Shown: piece by piece, positions 48,420 to 51,968 of the stretch
Position numbering within the stretch: position 1 is the stretch's first letter
Layout of the letters: every line of letters begins with the position of its first letter
Origin: Octopus bimaculoides
Taxonomy: Eukaryota
Assembly: GCF_001194135.2 (NCBI RefSeq)
Contig: NC_068984.1
Coordinates: 104,292,832-104,344,799 of the forward strand
DNA: 51,968 bases
Reading direction: 5' to 3'
Made by a program: the position numbers and the translations under genes
The notes under the pieces: model-generated
What the model was told of the DNA's origin: nothing
Databases searched by the model: none
What the model saw: the letters and a program-made list of their open reading frames with translations, nothing else

Positions 48420-48790
48420 GCTTATATTGCCTCAAGGCTAGGAGTAAAATGGTAAAGGGTAAAGACCCTCTTCGATCAAAAATGACTATGGGATTGTACC
48501 TAGAAAGTTCCCTCCTAGGCACAAGTCTGGGCAAGGTTGTTTTATGGAAGAGCAGCAGTTGCCCTTGTATACCAGCCTCTCCTCTCCACACCACTGATGT
48601 TGTCCAAGAGAAAGGCAAAGGCTGATACAGCTTGGCACCAGTGACAGTGCAACTTATTTCTACAGCTGAGTGAACTGGAGCAATGTGAAATAAAGTGTAT
48701 TGCTCAAGAACACAGCACACAGCCTGATCCAGGTATCAAACTAACAATCCCACAATTGTGAGCCAAATGTTCTAACCATTGAGCCATTTG
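48420..48790 (-). mobile_element. SINE (family of 18952-19280)
   Basis: Reverse-complement colinear with 18952-19280. Confidence 0.8.
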
Positions 48791-48899
48791 CAGTGTAGAG
48801 TTTGTTGGAGTAAATCAACCTCAATGTATTAGTTATAGAATAATCATTACTGTTCATCCTTGAAAAATGGAGAGTAAAGATTATTATACAAATATTATA

Positions 48900-49120
48900 A
48901 AGGTGGTGAGCTAACAGAATTGTTGGAACACTGAAAAAAAATACTTTGCAAACTTTTCCCCAACTCTTTACAGTCTGGGTTCAAGTCTCACCAAGATCGA
49001 CTTTGCCTTTCCTCCTTTCAGGGTGGTAAAAATAAAGTACCATCAAGTATAGGGGTTGATGGTATCAGCTAACACCTTCCCCCTCAAAAATAGCTGGCCT
49101 TATGCTTAAATTAGAAACCA
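48900..49120 (+). mobile_element. SINE (family of 29985-30200)
   Basis: ggtggtgagctaacagaattgttg...ggttcaagtc...aaaataaagtacc. Confidence 0.7.
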
Positions 49121-49130
49121 TTTTATGACT

Positions 49131-49946
49131 AAAGTAGTTGTATGATGTCAACTTAATGTGACAGTCCTATGAAGACATGTTTTTGAGTCTTTGCTCGTAA
49201 ACATGTCTCTAGATGTAGGCTTAGCTAAGTGGAGGTGCTTGTCTCCCCCTTGTAAACATAAGGAGTCTTTGCTCGTAAACATGTCTCTGGATGCAGGCTT
49301 AGCTAAGTGGAGATGCTTGTCTCCCCCTTGTAAACATAAGGAGTCTTTGCTCCTAAACATGTCTCTGGATGCAGGCTTAGCTAAGTGGAGGTGCTTGTCT
49401 CCCTCTTGTAAACATAAGGACACAGGAAATGTGTCAAGGCTGACAGGAAGCGGTGCTGCTTCCTAGGGCTAAATAGTAGTAGTATTATTCCCTTCATGGG
49501 ACTGTCACATTAAGTTGACAGCATACAACTACTTTATCACATCACTACTGCATAAATCTCTCAGAGATTTAGAAATGCATTATTTCTATTTTTGAAATCA
49601 GTGAATGTGTTTCACTAGAATTATTATATGTTTACGAGAGCTTGACAAGCATCTCCAACTAGCAGGCCATTGCTACTCCGGACTGATGACGAGCAAAGAC
49701 TCAGAAACATGTCTCTAGATGCAAGCTTAGCTAAGTGGAGGTATTTGTCTTCCCCTTGTAAACATAAGGACACAGGAAATGGGTCAAGGCTGACAGGAAG
49801 CGGTGCTGCTTCCTAGGGCTAAATAGTAGTAGTATTATTCCCTTCATGGGACTGTCACATCAAGTTGACAGCATACAACTACTTTATCGCATCACTACAG
49901 CATAAATCTCTCTGAGAGATTTAGAAATGTATTATTTCTACATTTT
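49131..49946 (+). mobile_element. Rearranged PLE pseudo-LTR cluster: inverted stub, 3x78-bp tandem, two ~240-bp direct copies at 350-bp period
   Basis: The inverted segment 49131-49174 matches the reverse complement of 49491-49534. The 78-bp units start at 49185, 49263 and 49341. Direct copies start at 49355 and 49705. Confidence 0.75.
49677..49719 (+). ncRNA. Minimal type I hammerhead ribozyme motif (slightly degenerate)
   Basis: TCCGGA-CTGATGA-CGAG-caaaga-CTCA-GAAAC-AT-GTC-TCTAGA. Stem III is palindromic (ACATGT). Sister copies have TCTGGA, which gives a 6-bp stem I. C.A mismatch at the base of stem II. Confidence 0.65.
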
Positions 49947-50423
49947 ACGACTGTTATGGATTTAATCCTCTATGGTCACTTTATTACATTGTCAAATACT
50001 TGGATAACAGCTTTTTAAGTGCATTCTAAAAGGTTTGTGTGCTATAACTGATTTAACTCTGGTGTATTAGCAGCTATATGTATTGGTTAGCCTAGCAATG
50101 ACTGTTTTAGAATTTGAAATTGGAATATAGAGAAAGGAGTCTATTTCTAGCACATCACATAGTTGCATAGAGACTTGATTTGGCTTAGACCTTCAACTTC
50201 TGATCAAGTCACATGAGATACTGGCATAATATACTGTACACAAATTCATTTTCTTATTGCCCCTCTGTACATGACTAATACTCTGTTCAGAAGCATAGAT
50301 ATATTGAGTTCCACACCAGGTTATTAGTATTGCAAAGCTTAAGTAAAATATTAAAACACACACACGCATGCATATCCACATGCATACATGTTCATGTGTA
50401 CATACATATACGTACCCATATGT

Positions 50424-50431
50424 ACATATAT

Positions 50432-50476
<45 letters not shown>
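50424..50476. repeat. (CA)n microsatellite
   Basis: Direct observation. Confidence 0.95.
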
Positions 50477-50480
<4 letters not shown>

Positions 50481-50694
50481 TAAACGCACACACAGAGTCA
50501 TAAAACATACATATATACACAAAGGGATGAGTGAGCATGGAACTCCATTGATAAGGATTGATGAAGGCCAGATGCAATGCAAGGACCAAATTGTATTGTT
50601 GACTCACCAGTGTGGACTAGGTTTATTGGATGGCTAGAGGGGTGAGGTGGAAGTGGGGGTTGTTATAATGTTAGAGAGCTGAAAGTACAAAAGT

Positions 50695-50910
50695 GGCGAG
50701 CTGGCAGAATTGTTAGTATGCCATGCAAAATGCTTAGTGGCATTTCATCTGTCTTTACATTCTTAGTTCAAATTCTGCCAAGGTGACTTTGACTTCCATC
50801 CTTTCAGGGTTGATAAAATAAGTACCAGTTGACCATTGGGGGTCGACGTAATCAACTGACCCTCTCTCACCAAAAGCTTTCCGGCCTTGTGCCAAAATTT
50901 GAAACCAATA
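50695..50910 (+). mobile_element. SINE (family of 29985-30200)
   Basis: ggcgagctggcagaattgttag...ttagttcaaattctgcc...ataagtaccagttg...ggccttgtgccaaaatttgaaa. Confidence 0.85.
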
Positions 50911-51968
50911 TTACTAAAAGTGTAAGTTTACTGGGAAGAGATAAATAAATAAAATATAACTTTTCATCCAGTTAGAGTAGAGCAAATTATAAGGATGGCT
51001 TGAATAAAATAATAATAATAAATAGTGTAATAAATAATAGAATAAAGTAAATAAATAAAAATGCTGAGTAAAGATATCTGGTAAGGCAAATACATGAATT
51101 TAGTTTTACTAGTGTTTAATTATAATAGGTGTTAAGTAAATTATAACCCAGGTGAGGTACAGAAACATGAATTAAGGGAGGAGTATATTCCATAAATTAA
51201 ATAAAATAAGATGGTGTCAGTTACTGCTTCCCCCTTCCATCTCTTTGCATTCATGTGAGCTACCTACTCCCTACTCAGGCACTCTTGGCAATACTCTAGC
51301 ATTCCATTTATATTCTGATCTCTATACCTTGAAGGTATACCCTAGCACATTTCCACTGTCTCTCACTTACTCTCTTTCACTCTTCTCTCTCTTACACTCT
51401 CACACTGTCACTCTCTCTCTCCCCCATTCTTGATTACTCTCTCTCTCTCTCTCTCTGTCTTGTTCTCTCCCCCTGCAACCATGTATCACCTCTACAGCAA
51501 GACACCTGTTTCTATCCCTCTGTCACACTCTAACCTCTCACCACCTGGTACAAGGCAGGTTAAAACTATGCATCCTGTTTTTCCATTGGTCAGTTGAAGC
51601 TTAGATAGTGTCACATGACAATTAGCTGGTGCTGGCTGGTGGAGCCTACCAGCAAGTATATAAAGGGAAATTTGGTAGGATGGTCACTCACTTGCTGACA
51701 TTCATTGATGCTGCATCAAAGAAACCAAAGAACAAAAGGCCAAAGAAAAAAGGAGAAAGAAAAAATGCACTCAACACTAGAGCTGAAGACACCTCTGAAA
51801 GGGGGGGGGGGTCTGCCACGTCAAAAACAGTAGAGGAGTAGAAGCCAAAACCAGATGTGGTTCCTCCTGATGATGTCTTTAGCCCCTGGATCCTATAAAG
51901 GAGCTGTTGAGGTAGCGAATCATGAAACGTGGTTGGAATTCCTTCCTATATATATATATATATATATA

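Noticed and set aside
49185-49418. CRISPR-like array
   Set aside because: Units are near-identical with no unique spacers; eukaryotic context with no cas genes.
49148-49466. ORFs with 26-aa repeats on both strands
   Set aside because: Translation of the 78-bp tandem units; no homology or gene context.
51629-51950. Lys-rich ORF at the window end
   Set aside because: No diagnostic motif; probably a decayed retroelement ORF1-like fragment, but not supportable.

Overview
AT-rich, repeat-dominated animal genomic DNA with three N-gaps. The repeat repertoire, C2H2 zinc-finger style and microsatellites suggest a coleoid cephalopod such as Octopus (inference; no database check was possible). One intact host gene is recognisable: CIAO1, the WD40 scaffold of the cytosolic Fe-S assembly targeting complex. 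It lies on the minus strand with two coding exons (29894-29498 and 22489-21879; 335 aa). A CpG-retaining island at about 38.6-39.6 kb is its likely promoter. The rest is a decayed C2H2 zinc-finger array split by a Gypsy LTR deletion derivative, a Helitron with both ends, Tc1/mariner/DD37D relics, RTE and Tx1/L1-like LINEs, a Penelope-like element (PLE), a solo LTR, MITEs and many tRNA-derived SINEs. The most notable structure is at 36191-36794: a head-to-head inverted dimer of a tRNA-headed (Pol III) element, each arm carrying a minimal type I hammerhead ribozyme, with the whole unit flanked by one 13-bp target-site duplication (TSD). A second hammerhead-bearing PLE-terminal cluster (49131-49946) has its rearrangement breakpoints inside the ribozyme. 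Most ORFs in the supplied track are spurious translations of repeats.
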